Below the pieces are notes generated by a model. That model searched no databases, was not told the DNA's origin, and was given only the letters and a program-made list of their open reading frames with translations. A stretch of 64,000 nucleotides of DNA from Podarcis pityusensis (Eukaryota), in assembly GCA_964106645.2 (NCBI GenBank), contig OZ067038.1; one strand, given 5' to 3'. Made by a program: the position numbers and the translations under genes. Of the stretch, positions 41,101 to 51,712 are shown piece after piece; position 1 is the stretch's first letter; every line of letters begins with the position of its first letter.

Positions 41101-42971
41101 AAAAAGCCCAGTCTAGTTCTCCCCACCCTACCCGCCCTCTTTAAAAAAGGACGCCTTTTAAAACAAAAGTCGTACGTGTACTTTAGTGAATCTGACGTAA
41201 TCCAATGTTTCCTTGTCTGGGTTAGTTATCAAGCAGACGAGGACTCAGTTGATTGGATTCTGGGCTCCAAGCCAGGCAGCGATCCTCTTCCTCTCTGGAT
41301 CTCCAGGTGCGCTGCCTTGTCTGAAGCTCTAGGCTTCTCCTTATCCACGGGGCTCCGTTGATTTAAGGGGTTAGGAATGCTGCCTTTTCGTGGGGTGGTT
41401 CCAGGTTATTTTAAGGGTTCTGGGTCCCTTGGGTTTTGTTTAGTTTCTTGGATCCAAGGGGCAGAAATGTAGACTTCCCTTGTGCTAGTTTCTCTCCGCG
41501 AAATAACCCCACTGGATCCCCTCTCCCAAGCATTTGACTGTCCAGTGAAGTTGCTGGATCCAGTGAAGTTGCAGGGATGTCCTGAAACACCGTTTTCTGG
41601 AAAGGGAGATTCCTTGCACTGTATAAAATTGTGGTGTTTTGCAGTAAAAAATTACCCTTAAGAGTAATCTGGTCACGTCACTTATCTAGTCCCTTCTGAC
41701 CCTGCAGTTTTCAGCACTGACTCTTCCTGGGCTCGTCTGTCCAGCTGTTGCTTACTGCAATCCTCAGAACTAAGTCCCGTTGAGTTTCAGGTTCTCGAAT
41801 CAAATGTTTTTGGATTGTTCATTTCCTGAATCCTCTGTATTATGACTATAATAGAATAGAAAAACAGGTGCTTTCTTAGAGCTCGTGTAGTCGATTCCTC
41901 CTTAATCTCCTGGACCTCCCAATAATCTAGCTCTACCACAGGCGAATGGTTATAGAACTATTGCCCCTGGATACATCCTGAGGTTTAATCTCTGGTCTCC
42001 TTGATTCCCAAGGACACATATTTTGTTCTGCCGATACCTCGCTCAGAGCCTTAGACTTGTCAAGAGTCTAGAGACAAGAGGGCCTTATCCAAGGTCCTGA
42101 AGATATTGCAGTCTTACTATCCCTTATTTGTGGTCCTTATTTGCTAGGACAGCCACTTCCAGATGCTTTGGACTACAACTCTCATCAGCCTTAGGTTGAG
42201 CAAGGCTGCCCTAGGAATTATAGCGGTGAACTCCCCCATCCTTCCCAAGACCCTCCTGTTATCTGCAGCCCAACCATCATTTACAGGGAATTTGGGGAGT
42301 GGGGACCCAATCATTCCAAGATCTGTTCATTTTATTTATTTCTTTTTGGAACCTAACGGTTCTTAACTGGCCCGAATTCTTCATTTTAGAGCAGAGTCTG
42401 GTGTTTGACTTTTATAACTTAAGAAGGCTCCTGAGCTGCAGCCCCACATATTTTTCTCTCTCCTTTTTAAGCCAGATGGGAAGAAATGAGCGTTACCCCC
42501 CATTTACTGCTGTGGGACAGAGGTTGATTGTCCTCCCCTTGTTAAAAGGGAGGAGAGTGGCAACCCTAGCACAAAGCCCGCCTAGGAAGTCAGGTTGTCA
42601 CCTAGCTGCTCTTCTCCTTTATGTGCGTGGTGGGGGTGTGGCTGCAGAGAAACTTGACGCATGCTCAGATGCCTTGACGACTTGATTTAGGAGATTAACT
42701 TAATCCAGGGATTGGAAACCTGTGACACCCCCCCCCCCCCAATTTTCATCAGTGCTGACCAATGGCCACGCTGGCTGGGACTGATAGGAATTGGGAGTCT
42801 TGGAGCACCTGAAGGGCTGCTACCTCCCTAACTACAGGAGGGACACTAGAATCCCATAGGTTGAACACTAGTCATGCATACGATGCTTATCATTAAGACT
42901 TCAGAGAGGCGTGCACACGACCCCCCCCCTTTAACCACCACAGTCCCGTGAGGTAGGCCTGAGGTGCCACG

Positions 42972-43147
42972 ACAGGAATATGAGTCAACGCCTAGGAGCT
43001 GAGGGGTCTTCACCCACCAAAAAAAATATTTGAGGGGGCCACTTCTCCAAAATTGATGGACATTGCCATTTAAATGCTGTGCATGCACCATGTTCACATG
43101 ATCGATTATGCAGGGCCCTCAATATTTTATTCAAGTTGGTACCCCTG
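42972..43147. mobile_element. hAT-like MITE in TBR1 intron 5
   Basis: Shares body and right end (caatattttattcaagttggtacccctg) with a second copy at about 56150-56346. Confidence 0.7.
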
Positions 43148-43149
43148 AC

Positions 43150-44650
43150 GAAAGTAACGCCCAGTGAGTTGAGCAAGGATTGGAGGCCCGAAGCGGCTCT
43201 CTTGACGTTGTTTTTTTGGGGAGGGCGGCGGTTAAAGGGCGGCCACGTTGCTCTGCGTCCTCTCTCCCGCCGACTGACCAGTCACCCACACGTCTCCCTT
43301 CCTCCTTCCCGCTCTCCCCTTCCCCTCAGGATCTACACGGGCTGCGACATGGACCGCCTGACCCCGTCGCCCAACGACTCCCCTCGCTCGCAGATCGTGC
43401 CGGGCGCCCGCTACGCCATGGCGGCCGCGGCGGCCGGCTCTTTCCTGCAGGACCAGTTCGTCAGCAACTACGCCAAGTCCCGCGGCTTCCACCACCACCA
43501 TCACCACCACCCGGGGGCCGGCGCGGGAGCCGGCGTGGGCCCCGGAGGGCCGGTTCCGGAGCGGGGGGTGCCTCACCCCAACGGGCTGCTGTCCCCTCAG
43601 CAAGCCGAGGAGCCCGGCGCTCCCTCCCCTCAGCGTTGGTTCGTCACGCCCGCCAACAACAGGCTGGACTTCGCCGCCGCAGCGGCAGCCTCGGCCTACG
43701 ACCCGGCGGGCGATTTGGCGGGAAACGCCGCCACCCTGTTGTCCTACGCGGCGGCCGGAGTCAAGGCGCTCCCGCTGCAGGCCGCCGGCTGCACCGCGCG
43801 GCCCCTCAGCTACTACCCGGACCCGTCGGGCTGGGGAGCGCGCAGCCCGCCTCAGTATTGCGCCAAGGCCTTGTCGTGCTGGCCCAACGGCGGCGGAGGC
43901 GGAGGGAGCAGCTCCCGCGCGGGGGGCAACCCCTATTTGCCCACAGGGGCCGGCGGCGGCGGCGAGGAGCCTGACAGCCTGGCTCCCCCCGAGCGCTCCC
44001 CCTTGGTGGCGCCTCCGCCGCCGCCCCCCTCGGCCGGGCAGCCCCCCGAGGACTCGAAGCCCCCGAAGGACTTGTCCGACTCGAGCTGGATCGAGACGCC
44101 GTCGTCCATCAAGTCCATCGATTCGACCGACTCTGGGATTTACGAGCAGGCCAAACGCCGGCGGCTCTCCCCGGCGGGCACGCCGGCTTCCGAGAGCTCC
44201 TCGCCGCTCAAGAGCGAGCCCGCCCTGGCGCCCAGGGACTGCGACAAGACCTGCGCCAAGGACATCGGCTACTACGGCTTCTACTCGCACAGCTAGAGAG
44301 GCGGCCCTTTACCCCCTCCACCCTTCACCACACATACATACCCCTCCCCCTCCCCTCAACGGTTCTCCTTTCCCGCCAATTCCTTCCCGCCAAGCTTCGG
44401 CGCCTGCGCGAGAGGCTGGGCGCTTAGTTAGGCGCGTCACTCGAGCGCCTCGCTTTCTCCGGGAACCTGCGCACGCGCAGTCAAAGCACCCTCTCTTTCG
44501 CTGCCCTTCCGCCTTTTCTCACTCACGCACGCGCGTTAGGGCGCGAGCGGCACATCGGCGCACGGAACCCACTTTAGCTTCGCAGTCGGGGGGGGGGGGA
44601 ATCGGCACCCCCGACGAGAAATCGTTGTTTTTCTCTCTCCATCTCTCTTT
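43150..44650. promoter_or_regulatory. CpG island over TBR1 exon 6
   Basis: Very high GC and CpG density. Confidence 0.85.
43330..44296 (+). CDS. TBR1: TBR1 exon 6 coding part, 967 nt, with stop
   Basis: cctcag|G ATC TAC. Encodes [28 protein letters not shown]...[13 protein letters not shown]...GYYGFYSHS*. The six exons sum to 2361 nt = 786 aa plus stop. Confidence 0.98.
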
Positions 44651-46823
44651 CCCATCTGAAGTGGTGATTTTAATCGCCTCGCCCCTGGCAAAGGCAAAGG
44701 GAACATAGGGAACGCTCCCCAGCTCCCACCCGCCATGTTGTTTGTACCCAGGTCCCCAAACTCCTGCAGGGAGAGGTCAGAGGTTTCCTTGATTCGTATT
44801 AAGTCACTCCACTTAAGGGGTAACCCATTCGGATCAAGGCAACGAGAATCGTGATCCCGTTTAGCCATCTCAACTGGTCCTTGCAGTGAAGATGGTTAAA
44901 GGCTGAGAGTGCGGATCCTAACCTTCATCCTAAAACTGCAGTCCTAGGCATACAGCTTTGTTTGGGAGGAAACCCCTTCCTCGCCGCTCGAGCCTAGGAC
45001 TATTTTGTTCGGAAGTCAGTACACTGTTCTCATTTGGCTTACTCCCAAGTGGCTGCGAACTGGTCTGCATCCTAAGTTAGGATCGCACTGGCAGAGGTTT
45101 GGCTATCAACCCGCCCAGTTAACAGTTATTCTGCGGAGCACAATGGGACCTTTTCAGCGCCATGAAAGCTAACTTCTGTTAGGGTTCGCACAGCGCCCTC
45201 CAGTTGCTTATCCAAATTTAATTCTGTTAAGGCTGCAATCCTAAGCGTCCTTACTAAATGTCCTGGTACTTTACCCGGCAAACGCGGATGAAAAGAGAGA
45301 CTTGCCGATAGTTTTGAGTCTGCAGACTAAGCCCACCAGTTTAGCCTATTTCGTAACGTTATTTCGCGCTCTCTCACTGTAAAAGAAAAAGAAAAGGGAC
45401 TCAAAACTTTCTAGAAGGATGTTAGTGGATTTAGTGGGAAACTTCTTGTCCTTAGTTGAGACATAAATAGGCGCATACTTGCCTGTATTTAATATCCTGA
45501 CAAATTGATTTTTAAATATTAAAAAGGCATCTTCCTCTTTTCTAATGTGAGCTGGAAGCGGATTCCCAAAACAGTGTTAAGGGAATTAAACTACAACAAT
45601 GAAATGAACACAACTAGGCATTAATTAAAGTTAATATGAATGGATCCAGAAATTCAGTTAACACTTCTGTGGAAGTAAGTTTCGCAGAAAAGAAAAGGAC
45701 TCGTCGCCTATTACACTTGCATAAGAATGGTGTGTGAATTCCACTTACCTCCGTTTTTCTAGATTGTGGATTGGTGGTTTAATTGGCACCTTAGTCTCAA
45801 AGGGGTTAAGAAATTGAGTCCTTTGCGCATGATCCATTCTAAAGTTAAACACTTTTAACGCCCTGTATGAGATCGTTAAGCGAATATTTCGCACATTCGC
45901 AGTGAAATGAAGGGGGGAGTGTAGTGTGTAATTTTGCATGCACTACCATTTTAGGGGAATTTGAATTCAAGTATACGTGGCTAATTGCTACAATTTCGCA
46001 GTTGAGAAATTATGTGACGATCGACCGTAAGCTTATTTAGAAGCAGAGCCTACTGTGAATTTGCAGTGGGACCCTATCGAATTTATAGGACTGCAATATT
46101 GGTGGGAGATGCATAATAACTTCTTTGGGAGCGATCTAGTCACGTTTACAGCGCAATCCTAGTTATACTTACTCGGGTGTAAATTTCAAACCCCCCCCCC
46201 CCTTGTGGAGGTGCATAGGCTGCAAAGAATAATTCGCTTAAATCCCTCTAATTGAAATCAATGGGGCTCTTTAGTTCGCGATCCTATGTGCACTTACTTG
46301 GAAGTAAGACCCATTGAATTTAGCGATATTTCCTTTCGTGTAACTACGCACAGGATGTGGATGGATGGATCTAAAGTGTGCCTACAACCCATCTATTCTC
46401 TGTTGCAGAAGTTGCACTCGGATCATGAACAGCTTGACTAGTAAATCCCACCGATTTCCAAAGAGTTTTCTCCGATTCTGTGTCACTAGGATCGCTGTTT
46501 GCAAAGCGTTATGTACACAGGTGGCCAAATCACAACAATACCAACCACCACCAAATGTATAATACTAATTATAAAAAGTATCAGTGGGGCTTCCTTTCAC
46601 ATAGTGAGTGCAGTCTCGAAACAGTTGTTAGGTGCTTTCAAGCCTCGTTTAATAAATCAATGGGTCTAACAACAGCCAGAGCCTATACTCTATTCCTTAG
46701 AAAGCAACAGTGCAGTCTAATACGGTGTCTATCCAGAAATAAGTCCCAAGGAGGTCAATGAAACCTACTTCCAGGCAAGTGTGTATGTATAGGATTATAG
46801 TCGGCAAATTCCTCTTCAGTCCA

Positions 46824-47083
46824 AAGCATTCTAACTCCGTAATAAGCATGTTTAGGATTGCAGCATTTATAAACAGCCCCAGATTTCAATCTTGAGCGCG
46901 CTTCTCCCCGAATTTCTTTCGCTGGGCATGTTTAGGACTAGGATACTGGATACAGGAAGCATTCTAACTCCGTAATAAGCATGTTTAGGATTGTAGCATT
47001 TATAAACAGCCCCAGATTTCAAACTTGAGCGCGCTTCTCCCCGAATTTCTTTCGCTGGGCATGTTTAGGACTAGGATACTGGA
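46824..47083. repeat. Tandem duplication, 127-bp copies with 133-bp period
   Basis: 46824-46950 and 46957-47083 differ at only two positions by my reading. Confidence 0.95.
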
Positions 47084-47672
47084 AATAAAGATTGAGAACA
47101 CGATTCAGCTCAAGGCTATTGTTTTGCGCACCCTTACACGGGAGCAAATGTTTATTTGAAATCGGTGGGATTTCTGTCTTGTAGCGATGGATATGAGTGT
47201 GCTGTAAATTAAATCAACTGTTTAACATCCAGTTGATTCTAACTCGCGGGGAGGGGCGAGTTAAGCATGTGATTACTGGCTAAGCATGTGCTTAACTCTG
47301 TCAGTGAAATCTTTGGGATCTACGGCGTAATCCAACGCCTGGACATAAGCCCTATTAAGATTTTAGTTTGTTTAGGCAGCGCTTTGTAAGTGTGAGCACT
47401 CATTCAAGAAAAGTTAGCTCAGATTAAGACCGATCTAAATGCCCACTTTTCAAGCAGACAATCAGTGAATGAATGGGGGGATTCGTTGCAAACTTATCCC
47501 ACTGATCCTCTTGGTTTTAATCCATATTTACATGCACCACTATTCTTTTCTCTGTCTGCTTCCTCTGCCTGCTCTCCCTCCCGAGTCCATTGCTGGTTCG
47601 CCTAGAGAGGCCATTCAGTTTCTCTCTCTCCCTCTCTCTCTCCATTCTCGTCGTCCCCTCACCCCGCTCCAG

Positions 47673-48415
47673 TTGATTTCTATTGCTGTAAATCTTTGTA
47701 ATGAACAAGCTACAACCGATAATAGACGACTGACTTGTTGGTACCCATAGTGTAGTCCAGTGAAGATGACTTCGTGAGCTGTACATTTTAAAATTGCATT
47801 TAGTTTGGATTTTTTTTTATTTTAATTTAATTTATATTTTTAATGGAAAAGTAAGTACCTGAAAACAGCCTTCCTGGGGAATAATAGACTAGGTGGTGCC
47901 AGTTAAGAGTGGTTTTCTTTTATTTTAAAAGAAAAAATCCTGTTAATTCGAGCATTTAATACCTGACCGAGTCCCACCCACCCACCCACCTAAGACCCTT
48001 GTTGATGTAGAGTAGCCAGTCTTCGAATTTTGTGTAGGAAATCTATACCTTTTTTTTTTAATATGGGGGTGGGAAGGGAAAGAACCTTGAAATATGCATC
48101 AGGCAAAATTATGTACTTTAGATTTCAATCGACAGAGGGGCGGGAAAAGTTCCCAAATAGAAATTCAGGGTTTTAACCGTGTGTATATTTTTTTGCTCTT
48201 CTGTAAATGATTGTTGTGATTTTTTTAAAAAAAACAAGCAAACAAAAAAAGGAAAGAAAACAAAAACAATATTTGTTCCTGTTATGTCTGTGCACTTGAA
48301 TACTTATTTCTACAAGTTGCGAACTCCACTGGAAAAAAAATGTTTTGGTTTTTCGCCCGTTTGTATTGTCTGTGTATACAACAAGCATAATAAAACCTGG
48401 CAAAACGTTAAGACG
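47673..48415 (+). other. TBR1: Probable conserved distal TBR1 3'UTR block
   Basis: U-rich block (gctgtaaatctttgtaatgaa...atagtgtagtc.agtgaagatga...gctcttctgtaaat...tgtattgtctgtgtata) that resembles the end of mammalian TBR1 mRNA as I recall it. It ends in AATAAA. Confidence 0.7.
48389..48394 (+). terminator. TBR1: Probable TBR1 polyadenylation signal AATAAA
   Basis: Canonical hexamer at the end of the conserved-looking UTR block, with UGUA elements upstream. Confidence 0.7.
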
Positions 48416-49362
48416 GTCTTTGAACACAACACGCTGCCCTTTTAGGAAATTTTGGGAAGTCGAGCAAGGAAAGGTGTAGCAGAGGCGTCCGATCTCTGCT
48501 CCCCTCAAGTTGTTTCCTATCCCACCTCCGGCCTCTTTTTCGACATCGAAAATTAACTTGTTTTTGTCCTTCTCACTTCTACAGTCTCAGTTTTACGTGC
48601 TGCTTCTTGGGCTTGGTTTCCTGCCCCGCCGCGCAAGTAATTTTTCCTGCAGTTAGGAAAAGAGTGGTGGGGTTTGATATGAATCAGGAAGTCAGTGACT
48701 TTTAGGGGAAAGTATGATTCTGATGTTGCTGCCGGATGTTTTATTTGCTTGTCTTTAAATAGAATGCCAGGAGCCATTGAACTCAGTTGCCATTGGCTCC
48801 ATCCAGCAGGATGCAGATTTTGTTGGTGGGGTAACGCTGCTTGGATAAGAGAGCGTGGTGCAAAGGTTGTTAGTGAGCAATCTGTCTCGGTTTTCCCTTC
48901 TATATCCCACTGGTTGGAAGCAGTTTCGTTCGTTTAGACTAGAGTCGTCTTCTTACACCCTTTTCCTATGCTAGAGACACCGCCGACTCCTCTGGCTCAA
49001 AAGTCTCTCCGCCCAAGGCTCCAAGAAGGCAAAAGGTGTGTCTATTTATATCTATGCAGATTTTTGAACCACACTCAGGAAGCATCTGAAAAGGCCCGGA
49101 CCCGTCTCCTTCCATCCATTGCGCATCCCCTTCCGAGAGTTATAAATATCCTCAACAACTTGAGGCTATCATGCTGCTTCACCGATTAGCAAACCTACCT
49201 GGTTTCCTAGATTTCAGGCCACCTGAATACTCCCAGGAACTATTTGTCTTATATAAACCAGAGAACTCTAGCATTTGAGGAAATATATATAATCAAAGAT
49301 GTAAACAGAACCTCGAGCGAGTCAGACTCCGGCTGCTGGGAAGTTTCCAGCGATGCTACGAC

Positions 49363-49380
49363 TGGCCACTAGGCGGCTCT
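49363..49380 (+). promoter_or_regulatory. Candidate CTCF site
   Basis: TGGCCACTAGGCGGCTCT versus consensus TGGCCACYAGRKGGCRS. Confidence 0.5.
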
Positions 49381-50303
49381 GCATGGTTAATATAGCTAGT
49401 TTGTCACGAAGCGCAGGATGTTATTACTGTTAATGAAAGGGCATATTTAAATAGAGGAACAGTGGAACACTCTCCCCACACCCTGCTTAAAAATGTGTTA
49501 TATTATTTCCCAGAGACCAGGTATTCTAAACCGTCACAGATATTTCAGGAAAGTATTTTCTGCAGTCCAGAAGCGACAGAAAACAGGGAGCGCCACAGCT
49601 GTTTAGAATTATACCGTTGCAGTTGTTACATTATTAACAATAATTATATTCAGCAATTCGCTTAACTGCTATTATTGATACTTATTCTGTGGTCGTCTAG
49701 CCATCTCTCAAGGGCTAAGGACAGTTTGTGATAGGATCTCTCTCACACAGCATTCTTAAATTGCACATCGCTTGAACTTAATAAATCCTATTGCAGCAGG
49801 TGACTCGTGCGCAAAAGCACTACGAGGCTTTATCTTGTATGTCCTTACGATGAAGTAAGCGACCTTTGTTCCACTTTGTCAATAAGCCCAGAGGAAGCGG
49901 CTTTTATAAAATGCGCCTCCTACTTCCAGGTCTGAAGCGCTTGTCGGAATCCAGCTTCACTCTTGCTCAAACACTCCGGCTCTCCAAATTGCAGGCCACA
50001 CGCTGGAAGAGGAGGTGGTGGTGAGGTGGCTGCCTGCTTTGTTAGTGACGCTGGCATTGCGGGTAGCATTAAAGAGGAAAAGCAGGAGCCTTTGGGGTTC
50101 TGATTTGTTGTTGTTAACAAAAATCCAAACTAACAAGATGCACTTATTTAGTTCAACAGATGTTCAGACTCAGATCATACGTGTTTGTGGTAGTATATGG
50201 TAGCCTGTTGCAGCAAATGTGCCTAACGTGTTGCCATTTGCTGTTTGGCCAGTAATACCCAAATGAAATTCATACCTTGAGGGAGGCACACAAGAGAGAA
50301 TAG

Positions 50304-50516
50304 TTCTAGTTACAGGTAGGTAGCCGTGTTGGTCTGCCGTAATCGAAACAAAATAAAAAATAAAAAAATTCCTTCCAGTAGCACCTTAGAGACCAACTAA
50401 GTTTGTTATTGGTATGAGCTTTTGTGTACATGCACACGAAAGCTCATACCAATAACAAACTTAGTTAGTCTCTAAAGTGCTACTGGAAGGAATTTTTATT
50501 ATTTTTTATTTTGTTT
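50304..50516. mobile_element. Penelope-like element terminal-repeat fragment arranged as a fold-back, with 13-bp TSD
   Basis: Inverted arms 50345-50430 and 50431-50517. Direct repeat caagagagaatag at 50291-50303 and 50517-50529. The sequence gtagcaccttagagaccaactaag...gagctttcgtg is typical of reptile Penelope termini (family call from memory). Confidence 0.8.
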
Positions 50517-51691
50517 CAAGAGAGAATAGGTTCACCTTTAAGAATGAGTACATGATTGTTATATAACAAATGTTTATCTTTGTTAATGAGTAAAACAATT
50601 GCTACAATGAATGGTTGCACAGCATCGTGAAATCCATTTTTGTCTGAGACTTGGTGTTTTTCGTTGTTTTCTTGTTACTGTTTTTAAAATGAAAGGAGTG
50701 CGACTTCGAAGGCGGGCGCAGTCAGTTTTCCTGCTCCTCCTTTTTCTTAGCTATAGACCTGAATCCAAAGCAAATTGCCCTTAACTGGCTTTTCTCCGAA
50801 TAAGAGCTCTGTGCTCTGGGCAGAGAAGAGTGCTTAAAAATAAATAAACGGGGGGCGGTGGCGGCAGTTTATTTCAAGGAGTTGGGCGGATTCAGATCAG
50901 GAAGGACCAGCAAATAAGAACGGGGAGAGGAGGGCAAAGAAAGAGAGTTGCCCGCTTTTTGCGAGTGCTCCAAAATGTCTGGCTAGGCGGAATCTTCCCA
51001 AGGCAAATAATATGGGGTTGAGGGAGATGTCTTTTCGCTGCGGCAGGATAAAGAGACGCAGACCTGATATTTCCCTCGTCTTGAAATGTTGCTCTCCTAA
51101 ACTTCCGGGGGAGGATGGCAGCTGTCTTGCGAAATATGCATCACAGTGCAAGCTGTAGGGCAACAATTGGAAAGGGTCCTTGGCCTCCTGCTACACACAG
51201 GCCTAGAGTGTGTTGTGCTGATCCACCTGGCCTGTCCTTTTCCCCGGGCAACTGTCCTTTCCTCACCCCAGTTCAGCTGGAGGTAGTTGGATTTTTGTCG
51301 TTGTTGTTGCTCAGCTGGGTTGTAGATCACAGGAACCTTTGAATTAGAAGGTACCCCAGATTCCCTATACACCTAACATCGGTTAAACCAGTGCTTCTCC
51401 AACTATCAGACGTGGTGGCAATTTCCCACACCCCTGTGTGCCAGGGCCGCTAATGTATTTGGTCCCTGAAGCGTCCCAGCCACCCGGAGCTGTGGTGGAA
51501 TCGCCAGTGACAGTAGGTGAAAGTTCATAAAGCGGTACTGATCCGCAGACCAGCATTTCGAGTAAGCATTGCGCCAAACTATATCTTAACCTTAGACATC
51601 CAGCTGCTCTCTCAAGGACAGAATTTGTGCCCTTGTGCATTGCCGACTTTGCACAGGCCAGAAAGGGTCTATTCTTTGCCTTAAGAAGAAT

Positions 51692-51712
51692 TTCAGGACC
51701 TGGGACAGCGCA
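51692..51712 (+). promoter_or_regulatory. RE1/NRSE (REST binding site)
   Basis: TTCAGGACCTGGGACAGCGCA versus consensus TTCAGCACCnnGGACAGCGCC: canonical 2-nt spacer, 17/19 matches. Confidence 0.7.

Noticed and set aside
43232-44290. 352-aa antisense ORF and 264-aa frameshifted ORF over TBR1 exon 6
   Set aside because: Shadow ORFs expected from stop-poor GC-rich codons, with no recognisable domain.
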